Assembly (NCBI RefSeq): GCF_964355755.1
Contig: NC_092670.1
Location: forward strand, 424,201 to 488,200
DNA: 64,000 nucleotides
Direction of reading: 5' to 3'
Source of the DNA: Antedon mediterranea
Lineage: Eukaryota > Animalia > Echinodermata
The translations under genes and the position numbers were made by a program. The first letter of the stretch is position 1; the number at the start of each line of letters is the position of its first letter. Below the pieces are notes generated by a model. That model had not been told where the DNA came from. It worked only from the letters and a program-made list of their open reading frames with translations, and made no database searches. This document shows positions 1 to 13,300 of the stretch, one piece after another.

Positions 1-661
1 TTTTCGTTTATGAACATATTAATTCCAAACTGCCTTCTAACTTTTCCTGTAATTTTTTAACTAACTCTGAAATCCATTCGTATAACACAAGAGCATCACG
101 GGACCTTCATCTTCCTCAACCTAAACTAACTAAAATGAAACATAACATTCGCTATAGTGGTTCTAAACTATTCAATAATCTACCTCCCGAAATTTCATCA
201 TCGTCTTCTAGCAAAATGTTCTCTTTTAAACTTAAAGAATATCTTATTTCAAATTATAACTAATTGTTTTCTCTATTTTGTAATATTTTTTTAACTTTAG
301 AAACTTTTTCGAAATTGCTTCCTTTACTGTTGGTGTGTGTGTGTGTGTCTGTTGATCTTTATGTGTATGTGTAGTTATATGTTTACATTTATATATATAT
401 AAGTATATAATCTTCTTACATGGCTTCCCAACATACAAGTTTCAATTGGATTTTTTTTTTCCAATTGATCGATACTTTCTTGGGTTTTTTTGCCTCTTTC
501 ATTTTGTATATAACTGAATCATCTTTTTATACATTATGATTTACTGTATTATATCTCTAAAAAAAAAAAAAAATATTTATTTATAAAATATCAGAAATTA
601 TAATGTTTTTTTACTCAAATATGAATGAAAGAAATAAATGTTTATTTGAATTGAATTTGAA
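1..661 (+). mobile_element. 3' end of an L2/CR1-group LINE (ORF2 C-terminus, 3'UTR and TTGAA-type tail)
   Basis: Frame from nt 3 reads FVYEHINSKLPSNF...HSYNTRASRDLHLP...IRYSGSKLFNNLP...FKLKEYL* (stop ~263), a typical LINE ORF2 C-terminus. It is followed by AATAAA and ttgaattgaatttga at ~634-661. Confidence 0.75.
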
Positions 662-687
662 AGTGTTACTGCCATTCATCAAGTATT

Positions 688-1005
688 AAGTGAGTGAGTG
701 GCCTAGCGGTTAAGACAGTGCAACCTAATTACGTAGCCATAACATTGGCAAGGGTTCGAGGCTCACTCGCTCCATGTTTCTGGTGGTAGAATGAGTCTTC
801 TTGGATAAGGACTATAAACCATAGATAGGTTCAGTGTACACATCTAGCTCGTGTGCACTTTAAAAAACCTAGTACATGTTTCGAGACAAGTAGGGTTACC
901 CCGATGTACTAGTACATCACAGCCACCGATCATTACTAGGCCCTCTGGGAGACCAGTCTTTGATTGAAGAGGTCACCCAGTAAAAAGAAGAAAAGATAAA
1001 TAATA
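688..1005 (+). mobile_element. tRNA-derived SINE with a Deu/Nin-domain-like core
   Basis: Pol III A box TGGCCTAGCGG (~698) and B box GGTTCGAGGC (~753). Core gataaggactataaacc...gcactttaaaaaacc...tttcgagacaagtagggttaccccg resembles the DeuSINE/Nin domain. A-rich tail. Confidence 0.7.
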
Positions 1006-1036
1006 AGTAAGGTTTTGGTTTAAATTCTTTTTTCAG

Positions 1037-4000
1037 ATACTTATTTTCTTTGTCAGTCAAGAGTTTGGTAATATTCCAGGAATACAAGGTCTCTTTGTAG
1101 CCTGTTTATTTGCTGGAACATTAAGGTAATATTTCCTAACTCCCTAGCTGCTGTAACATTGATTGATGATATTAAACATACCATTTTCTATAGACTTGCC
1201 CCAAGTCTGTATTGTTTTTTTTTATGATTTATTTGTTTTTATTTCGACCGCGATTTTTGTCTGAAAATACAGACTTGTGAAACACGTATAGAAATCGATT
1301 TGCAGACCGCAAACATCTGATAAGAATGACGTAGGTTATCATACCGTATTTGGCTATATGGGGCGGGCGGTATGTAAATATGGATTTCGAATCAACCAAT
1401 GATCATTTTGTTTCAAAATGAAAAAGATCGAGTACGTACAGTGCTGAATGTACGAATTACGATCGAGACTGTTGAAATATGAAATCGTGTTGCCAAGTTG
1501 TTTTGTTTTATTGTTTAGTCCTTAGCCTAGGCCTCCTTCGTAGGTCGTACTCAACTCGCACGTATGATCTGCCAAATAAAACGCCAATAAGAGGTAGGCC
1601 TACATACCACCACCGGCACACAACAGGATTCACACACAACAGACAGGGCTACGACACCACTACACAGAACAGGATAGAGTCTGGGTGGGAATTAAATCAA
1701 ATTATCTCCACGTAATATTAAATGATCCATTTCAATGTTTGATTTGCGGAGAAGCAAGACGAGTTTTCATATTCTTGGGAAAAATCCCATCAAATGTTTA
1801 CCAGACTACTACTAGGCATATAAAATCATTTCTAGCCTTCAGAAACTTTCATCAATGTACCCAAGTACATTGTCTAAACGTAACATAGCGCATGCGTACC
1901 ATCTTAGTTGTTGAGTCTTTGAAATTCTGAAATATGAATATTAAAACGGTGTACGAGTGAGTAGCCAATCGCATGCAGCTGAAACTAGTCAACCGGATAA
2001 TCTATGCACCAAGAATTCTTGGTGTCAAACCACGTGACTTTTGCGTGTTTCCCCAGACGGAGTATCCAAACTCAAGTAATACAGGTATGAAACGCCATAT
2101 GTGCAAAAATATTTATATTTTTACTAATATTAAGAAAAAACTCCGTCTGGAGCCCAGACTACATTTTCTATAGCATTGTTGCATCTGGGTTGAACTCCCT
2201 AGCTGCTGAAACATTGCTTGATAATATTAAACATGCCATTTTCTATAGCATTGTTGCATCTGGGTTGAACTCCCTAGCTGCTGAAACATTGCTTGATAAT
2301 ATTAAACATACCATTTTCTATAGCATTGTTGCATCTGGGTTGAACTCCCTAGCTGCTGAAACATTGCTTGATAATATTAAACATACCATTTTCTATAGCA
2401 TTGTTGCATCTGGGTTGAACTCCCTAGCTGCTGAAACATTGCTTGATAATATTAAACATACCATTTTCTATAGCATTGTTGCATCTGAGTTGAACTCCCT
2501 AGCTGCTGAAACATTGCTTGATAATATTAAACATAATATTGTTTTCTTTTTAGCACTGTTGCATCTGGGTTGAACTCCCTAGCTGCTGTAACATTGATTG
2601 ATATTGTTAAACCGATTCGAAGAGCAAGGAATAAAGAGGGCAGTGTTGCAAGTGGTCCTCAAGATAGGTCTGACACAAAGCTGTCAAAAATGTTAAGTAA
2701 GTTTGAAGTTTATAAGATATCTTGTATGTTGTATGTTTTAAAACAGGACGGTAGCTGTCACTCATCTGTGGTTGTGAATGTACAATTTTAGAAGTATGAA
2801 AAGTAAGACATATATCTTTTTTTATATTTCCTTTTGTGCATTTATATATCAGATATACTATTGTTACTGTTATGGGGGATGTGCATAGAGGTGCTTGTCA
2901 CCTGTTCATCCTATCTGATATACTATTGTTACTGTTATGGGGGATGTGCATAGAGGTGCTTGTCACCTGTTCATCCTATCTGATATACTATTGTTACTGT
3001 TATGGGGGATGTGCATAGAGGTGCTTGTCACCTGTTCATCCTATCTGATATACTATTGTTACTGTTATGGGAGATGTGCATAGAGGTGCTTGTCACCTGT
3101 TCATCCTATCTGATATACTATTGTTACTGTTATGGGGGATGTGCATAGAGGTGCTTGTCACCTGTTCATCCTATCTGATATACTATTGTTACTGTTATGG
3201 GGGATGTGCATAGAGGTGCTTGTCACCTGTTCATCCTATCTGATATACTATTGTTACTGTTATGGGAGATGTGCATAGAGGTGCTTGTCACCTGTTCATC
3301 CTATCTGATATACTGTACTATTGTTACTGTTATGGGGGATGTGCATAGAGGTGCTTGTCACCTGTTCATCCTATCTGATATACTATTGTTACTGTTATGG
3401 GGGATGTGCATAGAGGTGCTTGTCACCTGTTCATCCTATCTGATATACTATTGTTACTGTTATGAGGGATGTGCATAGAGGTGCTTGTCACCTGTTCATC
3501 CTATCTGATATACTATTGTTACTGTTATGGGGGATGTGCATAGAGGTGCTTGTCACCTGTTCATCCTATCTGATATACTATTGTTACTGTTATGAGGGAT
3601 GTGCATAGAGGTGCTTGTCACCTGTTCATCCTATCTGATATACTATTGTTACTGTTATGGGGGATGTGCATAGAGGTGCTTGTCACCTGTTCATCCCTTT
3701 CTTTTCGCTGCCTTTATGTTATGTTCAGGATCAAGTTTAATAAATAAAATTAAATAAACATTGGTTACATTAATCTTTCTAAAGGGTTAAACCTTAAAAC
3801 ATAGCAAAACGCTGGGCGTCAGCAGCCGAGGTGTGTATGGTGTGTAAACTATGTTAGATGGGTGCCTAACTTAAAATATCAGTTCCCGTAAAGAAGACAC
3901 ATTCTCACTATTCTAAAATAGGAATAAATGTGTGTTTGTAATTTTCAGCATGTGGATATGGTGTGATTTGTATACTGTTAGCATTTGTGGCATCTAATAT

Positions 4001-5301
4001 TGGGAGTCTAATACAAACAGCAAACACCGTGTTTGGTGCAGTAGGAGGCCCTCTATTGGGTTTGTTTTCTCTTGGTATTCTCTATAGGCGTGCAAACTCG
4101 GGGTAAGTTTGACTATTTTATTATTTTTATTTGTTTATTTATTTATTTATTTTTTCATCATACGTTACCATTAACAGGGCTGAAAGATATAACATATAAT
4201 ATAATATGATATTACAGATAACAAGACAACATTTAGATATTAGTGACATGATAATGTTAAAATATCAAAATAGAGTTGTATTGTATTTTTTATACCACTA
4301 TTTTGGAATCTCTTTATAGCGGTGCTTTAGTTGGCCTGTTGTCAGGCTTTCTCATTTCCTTGTGGATCACCATAGGTGCTATTACCAACACACAGGATGG
4401 TGTTGTTAATCCTGATGTCTTTGTATTATATCAAGTAAGTATATTAAAGAACAGGATTTAGTCTTTAGAGGTCAACTCTAAAGTCAGTATACAACAAGTA
4501 CAAATAGAGCAATGGATGCATGATGAACGTATATTATGTATTGTCTTTGTTCTATGTTGTACAACCAAGATTTATCAAAATATAAAAAATATACAAAATG
4601 TTAAAAATGCCTTTGAAAATGAATTAGTATTTGTATGTATTCTATTCCACAGATATCTTTCTTATGGTATAGCACAGTTGCTTTTCTCACTACATTTCTA
4701 GTTGGCATAGCAACAAGTGAAATTGTCAGGTGTGCATTTGTAGATGAGCAGCGTAAATCTGTTGACCTTTTGACCCTGGCGACATTTCTAAGGTAGGTCA
4801 ACAGGTAGAAGATTTTAATATCACTGCCTGAACCAGTTTTATTGATTAATGTGATGTGCCCATATATGGACATGATGATGTCATATCACTACTATATTTG
4901 GGCATATCACTACCATATTTGGGCACATCACACTTTTTTTGTTAAACTAGTTTGAAATGTAGACAGAGCCAATAGTTGTTTATCGTCTTATCTAACAAAA
5001 TTTGTAGTTCTTCATGTTGAATTGTTCTACTTCCAAGCTATTGTCCTGCAACAAATGTTGTTGATAACCTTTGCAGCTGTATGTAAACTTATTATGTTTA
5101 TCTGTGATTTTAATTGTTTTCAGGCCGAAAGGATGGAGAAAACCATCATCATCATCAAGCACCTCCATAAGCCTAGATGACTCCTCTAGAGAACAGCTCT
5201 TAGGGCAAAATGACAGTGAAGATAATGAGGAGGATGGTGGTGGTGGTGATAGTTATGTAACAAGTAAAGAAACGTCTTTAGCAAATAACGTGGAGAACTA
5301 A
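1037..5301 (+). CDS. SLC5-family Na+/solute symporter (SLC5A5/6/8/12-like), 3' exons only
   Basis: Exons 1037-1125, 2554-2696, 3949-4102, 4320-4434, 4653-4792, 5124-5301, all GT-AG and phase-consistent. They encode [53 protein letters not shown] and YQISFLWY, which are SMCT/NIS/SMVT motifs. The 5' exons lie upstream of the window. Confidence 0.88.
1191..2161. mobile_element. Non-autonomous DNA transposon with TAG...CTA termini and 9-bp TSD (possibly MULE-like)
   Basis: Flanked by the direct repeat CATTTTCTA (1182-1190, 2162-2170). Removing it restores an intact 75-bp repeat junction. Both ends are short hairpins. A related copy lies at 37817-37927. Confidence 0.7.
2162..2535 (+). repeat. 75-bp tandem array copying an acceptor-like AG plus the start of the SLC5 exon (5 units, plus a partial unit at 1138-1190)
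   Basis: Unit ccattttctatAG|cattgttgcatctgggttgaactccctagctgctgaaacattgcttgataatattaaacata is nearly identical to the start of the exon at 2554. Confidence 0.9.
2850..3694. repeat. 65-bp intronic minisatellite, ~13 copies
   Basis: gtgcatagag recurs at 2881, 2946, 3011 and onward. Confidence 0.92.
4849..4970. mobile_element. Partial copy of the agctctgtctacac-TIR MITE family
   Basis: tgtgatgtgcccatatatggacatg...gtagacagagc is shared with 20597-20730, 34153-34240, 38428-38570 and 62508-62649. Confidence 0.6.
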
Positions 5302-5759
5302 ACACCACAATTACTTAATTTTACTCAGAGTTGTTACACCCAATATGCACTAATAGCTAGAGGGCATTAGGTTCAGTAATCGAAGGTCACAGCAGCACGA
5401 GGTCAGCACCCTACAAGACAATAATGATACACGATGTACAGTATTAGATGTCGAACCACAATGGCCGCATCATTCGTGTTATCGTCTTCTCATTGTTTGG
5501 ACGGTACCAATCGCTACGAGGGGTATTCCTTAATGGTACCAATTTTTAGGGGGCGCTATTTTTATATCTTTATTTCAGACTATAACAGAGTGAATTGGGA
5601 GAGATTATTATTTTAAGGTAATGGTATTAGAGTATCTTTCAATTTAAATGTCTGTCGGTGAAAGGGAATATTTTTATATATAATATTTATAAATACTAAT
5701 TTAAACTTATTTTATAATGACTTTACGCAATTCACTTTTTAAAATATGTTGAGATTTTC

Positions 5760-8700
5760 GTTTCCATTTATTTATTTTACATAATGAAATAATAAAATGC
5801 GCAGAACACATTATGTGATTCTGCGCATTTCAATTATGATATAGTGACCAGTTATGTCAAAATATAAATGATCAAAGTATCAACTTTTTAAAATATGTTG
5901 AGGTAGCCTTCTACGCATGTCAATTATGATATAGTATCCAGTTATGAAAATAAAAGTATCGTAATTTTACCCATTTTCGGAAAAATCCCTGTACTTAATC
6001 CCTGTACTGTAGTACAGGAATACTTTTCTTGAAAAATCACCAAAATATAGATTTTTCACAACACAGTTGAGGTAACATGCGCTGCATACCAAAAAATAAT
6101 GATCAAAATTTGGCCGATTTTTAGAAAAATCCAGGCTCTACTATAATACAGGCATTTTTTACGAAAAATTGCAAAAAAAACGACTTTTCAAAATACTTAT
6201 GAGATAACATGCACAGAACGTATTGTGTGATTCTGTGCATGTAACAAAAATAGAAATTTGGCCGATTTTCGGAAAAATATACTATATCTATATACTAGAA
6301 CAGGGATTTTTTAGAAAAATGCCCAAAATATCGACTTTTAAAAATTTAATTATTATGCAATAATATGGCTATGGCGCACATATTGCGTTGTATCATCGTA
6401 TAGAGCCATAGTAACCAGTTTTGTCGAAAAATAAAAGGGTCGAAATTTTGCCATTTTTGGAAAAATCCCTGTACTATAGTACAGGGAAATTTTCGAAAAA
6501 TGGCCGATTTCCGACCTTTTTATTTTTTGATATAAATGGTTACTATAGCATAATAAACATGCGCAGAGTCGAATAATGCGTTCTGCGCATGTAAATTGTG
6601 CTATAGTAACCAGTTTTATCGAAAAGTAAAAAGGTAAAAAATTGGCTATTTTTTGAAAAAAATCCCAGTACTATTATAGTACAGGGAAATTTTCGAAAAC
6701 TGGACGATTTTCGACCCTTTTATTTTTTGTCATAAATGGTTACTATAGCATAATAAACAGGCACAGAGACGAATAATGGGTTCTGCGCATGTCAACTGTG
6801 CTATAGTAACCACTTTTGACATATATGGTTACTATAGCGTAATAAACATGAGCAGAGTCGAATAATGGGTTCTGCGCATGTCAATTGTGCTATAGTAACC
6901 ACTTTTGACGTAAATGGTTACTATAGCATAATAAACATGCGCAGAGTCGAATAATTCGTTCTGCGCATGTCAATTGTGCTATAGTAACCAGTTTTATCGA
7001 AAAATAAAAGGGTCGAAAATTGGCAATTTTTTAAAAAAAATCCCTGTACTATAGTACAGGGAAATTTCCGAAAAATGGCCGATTTTCGACCCTTTTATTT
7101 TTTGATATAAATGGTTATTATAGTATAATAAACATGCGCAGAGTCGAATAATGGGTTCTGCGCATGTCAATTGTGCTATAGTAACCACTTTTGACATAAA
7201 TGGTTACTATAGCATAATAAACATGCGCAGAGCCGAATAATGTGTTCTGCGCATGTCAATTGTGCTACGGTAACCAGTTTTATCGAAAAATAAAAAGGTC
7301 AAAAATTGCCCATTTTTTTGAAAAATCCCTGTACTAAGTAGAGGGACATTTTAAAAAAATGGTCGATTTTCGATCCTTTTATTTTTTTACATAAATGGTT
7401 ACTATAGCATAATAAACATGCGCAGAGACGAATAATGGGTTCTGCGCATGTCAACTGTGCTATAGTAACCACTTTTGACATATATGGTTACTATAGCGTA
7501 ATAAACATGAGCAGAGTCGAATAATGGGTTCTGCGCATGTCAATTGTGCTATAGTAACCACTTTTGACGTAAATGGTTACTATAGCATAATAAACATGCG
7601 CAGAGTCGAATAATTCGTTCTGCGCATGTCAATTGTGCTATAGTAACCAGTTTTATCGAAAAATAAAAGGGTCGAAAATTGGCAATTTTTTAAAAAAAAT
7701 CCCTGTACTATAGTACAGGGAAATTTCCGAAAAATGGCCGATTTTCGACCCTTTTATTTTTTGATATAAATGGTTATTATAGTATAATAAACATGCGCAG
7801 AGTCGAATAATGGGTTCTGCGCATGTCAATTGTGCTATAGTAACCACTTTTGACATAAATGGTTACTATAGCATAATAAACATGCGCAGAGCCGAATAAT
7901 GTGTTCTGCGCATGTCAATTGTGCTACGGTAACCAGTTTTATCGAAAAATAAAAAGGTCAAAAATTGCCCATTTTTTTGAAAAATCCCTGTACTAAGTAG
8001 AGGGACATTTTAAAAAAATGGTCGATTTTCGATCCTTTTATTTTTTTACATAAATGGTTACTATAGCATAATAAACATGCGCAGAGACGAATAATGGGTT
8101 CTGCGCATGTTAATTGTGCTATAGTAACCACTTTTGACATAAATGGTTACTATAGCATAATAAACATGCGCAGAGTCGAATAATGGGTTCTGCGCATGTC
8201 AATTGTGCTATAGTAACCAGTTTTATCGAAAAATAAAAAGGTCAAAAATTGCACATTTTTTTGAAAAATCCCTGTACTAAGTAGAGGGACATTTTCGAAA
8301 AATGGTCGATTTTCGATCCTTTTATTTTTTTACATAAATGGTTACTATAGCATAATAAACATGCGCAGAGACGAATAATGGGTTCTGCGCATGTTAATTG
8401 TGCTATAGTAACCACTTTTGACATAAATGGTTACTATAGCATAATAAACATGCGCAGAGTCGAATAATGGGTTCTGCGCATGTCAATTGTGCTATAGTAA
8501 CCAGTTTTATCGAAAAATAAAAAGGTCAAAAATTGCCCATTTTTTTGAAAAATCCCTGTACTAAGTAGAGGGACATTTTCGAAAAATGGTCGATTTTCTA
8601 TCCTTTTATTTTTTTACATAAATGGTTACTATAGCATAATAAACATGCGCAGAGACGAATAATGGGTTCTGCGCATGTTAATTGTGCTATAGTAACCACT

Positions 8701-9720
8701 TTTGACATAAATGGTTACTATAGCATAATAAACATGCGCAGAGTCGAATAATGGGTTCTGCGCATGTCAATTGTGCTATAGTAACCAGTTTTATCGAAAA
8801 ATAAAAAGGTCGAAAATTGGCCATTTTTGGAAAAATGGCAGATTTTCGACCCTTTCAGTTTTGACATAAATGGTTACTATAGCATAATAAACAATATGCA
8901 GAGTCGAATAATGCGTTCTGCGCATGTCAATTGTGCTATAGTAACCAGCTTTATCGAAAAAAAATAGAGCTATATTAACCAGTTTTGTCGAAAAATAAAA
9001 GGGTAGAAATTTAGTATCATTACGTTATGTAATTCTGCGCATGCCAGTTATGTTATAGTAACCAGTTATGTCAAAAAGTAAATGACCAAAACATCGACTT
9101 TTTATACATATTGTTGTATCTGCGCATGTCAGTTATGTTAAAAAATAAATGACCAAAACATTGACTTTTTAAACATGTTGAAGTATAATGCGCAGAACAC
9201 GTTATGTAATTCTGCGAATGTCAGTTAAGATATAGTAACCAGTTATGCGCCAAATATACATTCAAAAGTATAATATCACCCGCCCAAATAGAACCAAAAT
9301 GCACCAATTACTTAATACCAGATCCCAAAAAAAACTATCAAACTTAGCTAAATTTATTCATGAAATTTTGTATTTGTTTTAGTTAGATGTTGCTTTTCGA
9401 TATATCAATTATGTATAAGACCAAATATTTATGTCTGGAAGTGTTTAGTTTGTTTCTGTATAAGATTGAAAGAATGTTCTTTCATACCCTGAAAAAGGGT
9501 CGATAAAGAAATAAAGAATCATTGTCATTGTCATTTTCATTGTCATTGTCAAAAAATAAATGACCAAAACATCGACTTTTTAAACATTTTGAAGTATCAT
9601 GCGCAGAACACGTTATGTAATTCTGCGCATGTCAGTCATGTTATAGTAACCAGTTATGTCAAAAAATAAATGAGTATCATGCGGGCGAAATTTGGCCATT
9701 TAAAAAAGAAGTTTTACTGA
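5760..9720. repeat. Complex satellite of two palindromic modules with higher-order periods (~659 and ~284 bp)
   Basis: Module A: tggttactatagca...catgcgcaga...tctgcgcatg...tgctatagtaacca. Module B: aaaaataaaagggtcgaaaat...ccctgtactatagtacaggg...attttcgacccttttattttt. The core (6450-8950) is homogeneous and the flanks are decayed. Confidence 0.88.
9248..9550 (+). mobile_element. Short LINE 3'-end insertion with (CATTGT)n tail inside the satellite
   Basis: Interrupts the satellite motif ccagttatg|tcaaaaaataaatgacc and ends aataaagaatcattgtcattgtcattttcattgtcattgtc. Confidence 0.5.
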
Positions 9721-10159
9721 ATGGAAAGCGATATTTATTGGAGATATTGAACGGTATTCGTTAAATGTAGAGAACAATCTTGAGTTGACAAACTGGTTGA
9801 CAAGGCGAAGTTGAGGTAAATAGAACATCGTTCAATGATCTAACACTACCTATTGGTAGACTACTGGATGCAATGTTACCAAACTTTTTATATGAAACAC
9901 GCAAAACCAATAATATATTGTTATTGTTGCAAGGTATTGCTTTGTGCATGTGTTCCATGTCAACAACTAAACTTGTATAGCGATTTCCACAATGTTCATT
10001 GTGAATTATGTATATCTTAATAATATTATATAGATGTTGAGCACAGAGTTGTATGTTATCCGCGCTGCCAAAGATTATTAATAAAGTTAGATAATTGATG
10101 CCATCAAGTTATCGTGGTTCGCCATCCTCGTCCTGATGATCACCGGTTTAGTCACGACC

Positions 10160-10292
10160 GTAGTGACGCCATATGATGCGTAGTGACGCCTTATGACGCG
10201 TCGTGACGCAATATAACGCGTAGTGACGCCGTATAACGCGTAGTGACGCCGTATAACGCGTAGTGACGCCGTATAACGCGTAGTGACGCCAT
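10160..10292. repeat. 20-bp CpG-rich tandem repeat just after the SYT17 stop codon
   Basis: (cgcgtagtgacgccgtataa)n, ~6 copies, some degenerate. Confidence 0.8.
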
Positions 10293-10307
10293 GTGGAGTG
10301 TAACGCA

Positions 10308-13300
10308 TCATGAAGACATGGATGGGTTGGTCTGCATGGTGATGAGGCCGCCACATTGGTCTGGTGCTTTGAGTGCGTGCCATTGGGCGACAGGTGAACG
10401 CTGTGATTCAATCATTCGAAGCCAGTGTGTGTTTTCTGATAAACCTACAAGTTAAGGGACAACGAAACAATATTTTGGAAATGATACTTATAATTGGCCA
10501 AACTAAATTACGACGAAGAAGTTAGGGGCAACCTGCTTTTAAATAAATACAGGGTTAGGGTTGACCAAAACAAATTGTAACACTATTTTGGAAATGATAC
10601 CTGATTAAAATAACGGCCTTATAATTGGCCAAACTAAATTACGACGAAGAAGAAGAAGGGGCAGGTTGACCAAAACAAATTCTGTTTTGTTATAAAAGAA
10701 GATAAGATCTACTAAATTCAATCAGACACGGTTAACAAGGTTCTCTCTCACCTGATGAGTATTTGCCTAAGTTGATCTGTCCCGTCACAGCATCTCGGCT
10801 TTTACAGTTATAGTCCAACACAGATAATACAAACACGATTTTATCCAGCGACGATGGCAACACGTTGAAGTGAAAACTTTCATTGAAAACGGGGTCAATT
10901 GTGTTTTTCTTCACTGAAGTCTTTTTCGTTTTTATTATTTTGTCCATTAGTATCAGTTGGATTTTAACAAAAGGATCTGAAAAGACAAATAACATTTGTT
11001 ATAGCATTGTTTTTGTTGTTTTAATGTATGATGCAAAAATATCTTGACTGAATATCAGAAGACAGAGACACAGTAAGACAGAGAACTTGAAAATAGAAGA
11101 AAATTGTCTCATCGTTAAGTCAGTGAAGAAGTGTACTTACCAGAACCGCCATTGATATCTGTCTGAAGAAGCTGTTTAATCTTGATGACATCAAGCTGAA
11201 GACGCTGTGCAACTGGTAGGTAGTTCAAAGATATCAAAATGTCTCCACGTGTTGGATTATTCTATAGTTGTATACAGAGATAAGAAAAGACGTTTTAAAA
11301 GTCGTATCGTAAAATATAATTATACGTACGTATCTTAAGCTTGGTTCTTCTGACTAAAATGCAAATAATAAGGACGTAGCGCAACGCAAGTGATTTGGAT
11401 TATTCTGACTGTCACTTGCCATTGGTCAACTAGCTTGCGTTGGTTCCCACTAGCGACGCAACGCAAGGACGTAACGCAACGCAAGTGATTTGGATTATTC
11501 TGACTGTCACTTGCCATTGGTCAACTAGCTTGCGTTGTGCTTACGTCGTTGCGTCCTAGACCTGGTATCATACTAAGTAATTAGTACACACATTTAGAAT
11601 GGTAGGCCTATATAATCTTATGTGTAATTGTAATCTGTACTTTCACTGAAACTGATATTCTATTTATTAAGCGTTGTTCGTTCACCTTTTGGTATTTAAA
11701 ATTTCTAAAAACGTGTTTGAAATAAATAATTTAAGAGCCGATTCTCGATTGTCATAATCTCATTTCTCTCGTAAATCTGTCTTGCTATATCATAGTTGAC
11801 CTTTGCAATATAAGAAGCACTATCGAAAAACATGCTATTTAATTTGTTTTAAGATTATGAATGCGTGTGTTGAATAGTAGAGAACTAACTGCGTGAATGA
11901 GTTTAATCAAGCGTGACTTACATGCGCACTAGGCTGAAGAGCTTTCCATATATATGCACCTTTCATTAAATTAATTCCATCCAGTGGCATGGTATATTCA
12001 CCAATCACACAATGTCTTGAATATTTATCAAAATCCTGAACAGACAAGTGTAGCAGTCTTCTTTGAGCTTCCCTGTACGCAAGATCAAATCGGAAACTTT
12101 CGTCAAAATCAGGAGATTGAGTCTTTGCTTTCACAACTGTCTGCTTCGAGTTTATTTGGTCTGGTAAAAGAGACACTTTGACATAAGGATTTGAATGCGC
12201 TAAATCAATTTTATCAGGATCATATACAACAGGCGGTGGCAAATCCCGCGCTTTCACAACTCTTACTAACAACTGTTCGTTTGTGAAATCATATCGAACA
12301 CCAAAGTGAATCTTACCAAGATGTTGAATTTCGAGATCGTCTTCATCTTCCGGTACTCCATAAAGCTTGGGTTCAATTTGAGCATCAGAAAACTGATGAA
12401 AATCAGCCCCAAAACGCCTCGTTGGGGTCCGTGGCTGCACCATTTCAGAATTGGTCGTTGGTGACCAGAACTCAATCGGTTTCATATCGATTAACGGTGC
12501 AGGAATGCTGCATCGTCGATCTGTAGAAGAACGACGTGAATCGGAATTTGAAGATCGTCTAGAGGAGCCAACCGAAGGCTGTCGAACTGTTCGGCAAGGA
12601 GGTTCGGCACAGATCGGATAGCTGTCTCTTGAATCGGTAAATGCGTCGTCATCGTCGTCATCTTCGTCAACATGGGAAGAATAGTCACAAGGAAAACAAG
12701 ACGAGGACTGACAGCAGATAAACTGGCTGAACTTTGACAGAATACCGGATCCAGTCTAAAATCAAAGTCAAAGTTTATTGTTTCACACAATACAATATAC
12801 AGAACATACATTAATAAATACAATTGTGTGAGGAGGGCGCATTAAGCCAAGGCTTTAAGTTTGGTCCTCCAGATAAAAGATATATATTATTATTTAAGTG
12901 AGAGAAAAAACACTTCTTACTACTAAATAGTTTGAAATAAGTATTTGTTTGTATTTTGTTCTAAATCTCTGAATTGGTATAACACGATACAAAAGTAATG
13001 ATAAACATGTCCCAAATGTACTCTAATATTTTATTGAATAAAAAGAAAATCATCTACTATAGGATCATCATCTATCATACAATAGTATAATTATGCACTG
13101 ATGAAGGGCTATAGTGTTGCCCGAATCCTCTACTATAGGATCATCATCTATCATACAATAGTATAATTATACACTGATGAAGGGCTATAGTGTTGCCCGA
13201 ATCCTCTACTATAGGATCATCATCTATCATACAATAGTATAATTATGCACTGATGAAGGGCTATAGTGTTGCCCGAATCCTCTACTATAGGATCATCATC

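Noticed and set aside
688-775. Possible tRNA gene
   Set aside because: A and B boxes are present but there is no convincing cloverleaf, and it continues into a SINE core and tail.
2190-2573. 127-aa repeat ORF resembling an SLC5 helix
   Set aside because: Intronic duplication of the exon start, out of frame with the real exon.
6994-8424. Five similar MSKVVTIAQLTCAEP ORFs
   Set aside because: Translations of the palindromic satellite, not a gene family.
10087-10411. Two minus-strand ORFs with RHYALYGVTT repeats
   Set aside because: Alternative frames over the SYT17 last exon and its 3'UTR repeat; the true frame stops at 10308.
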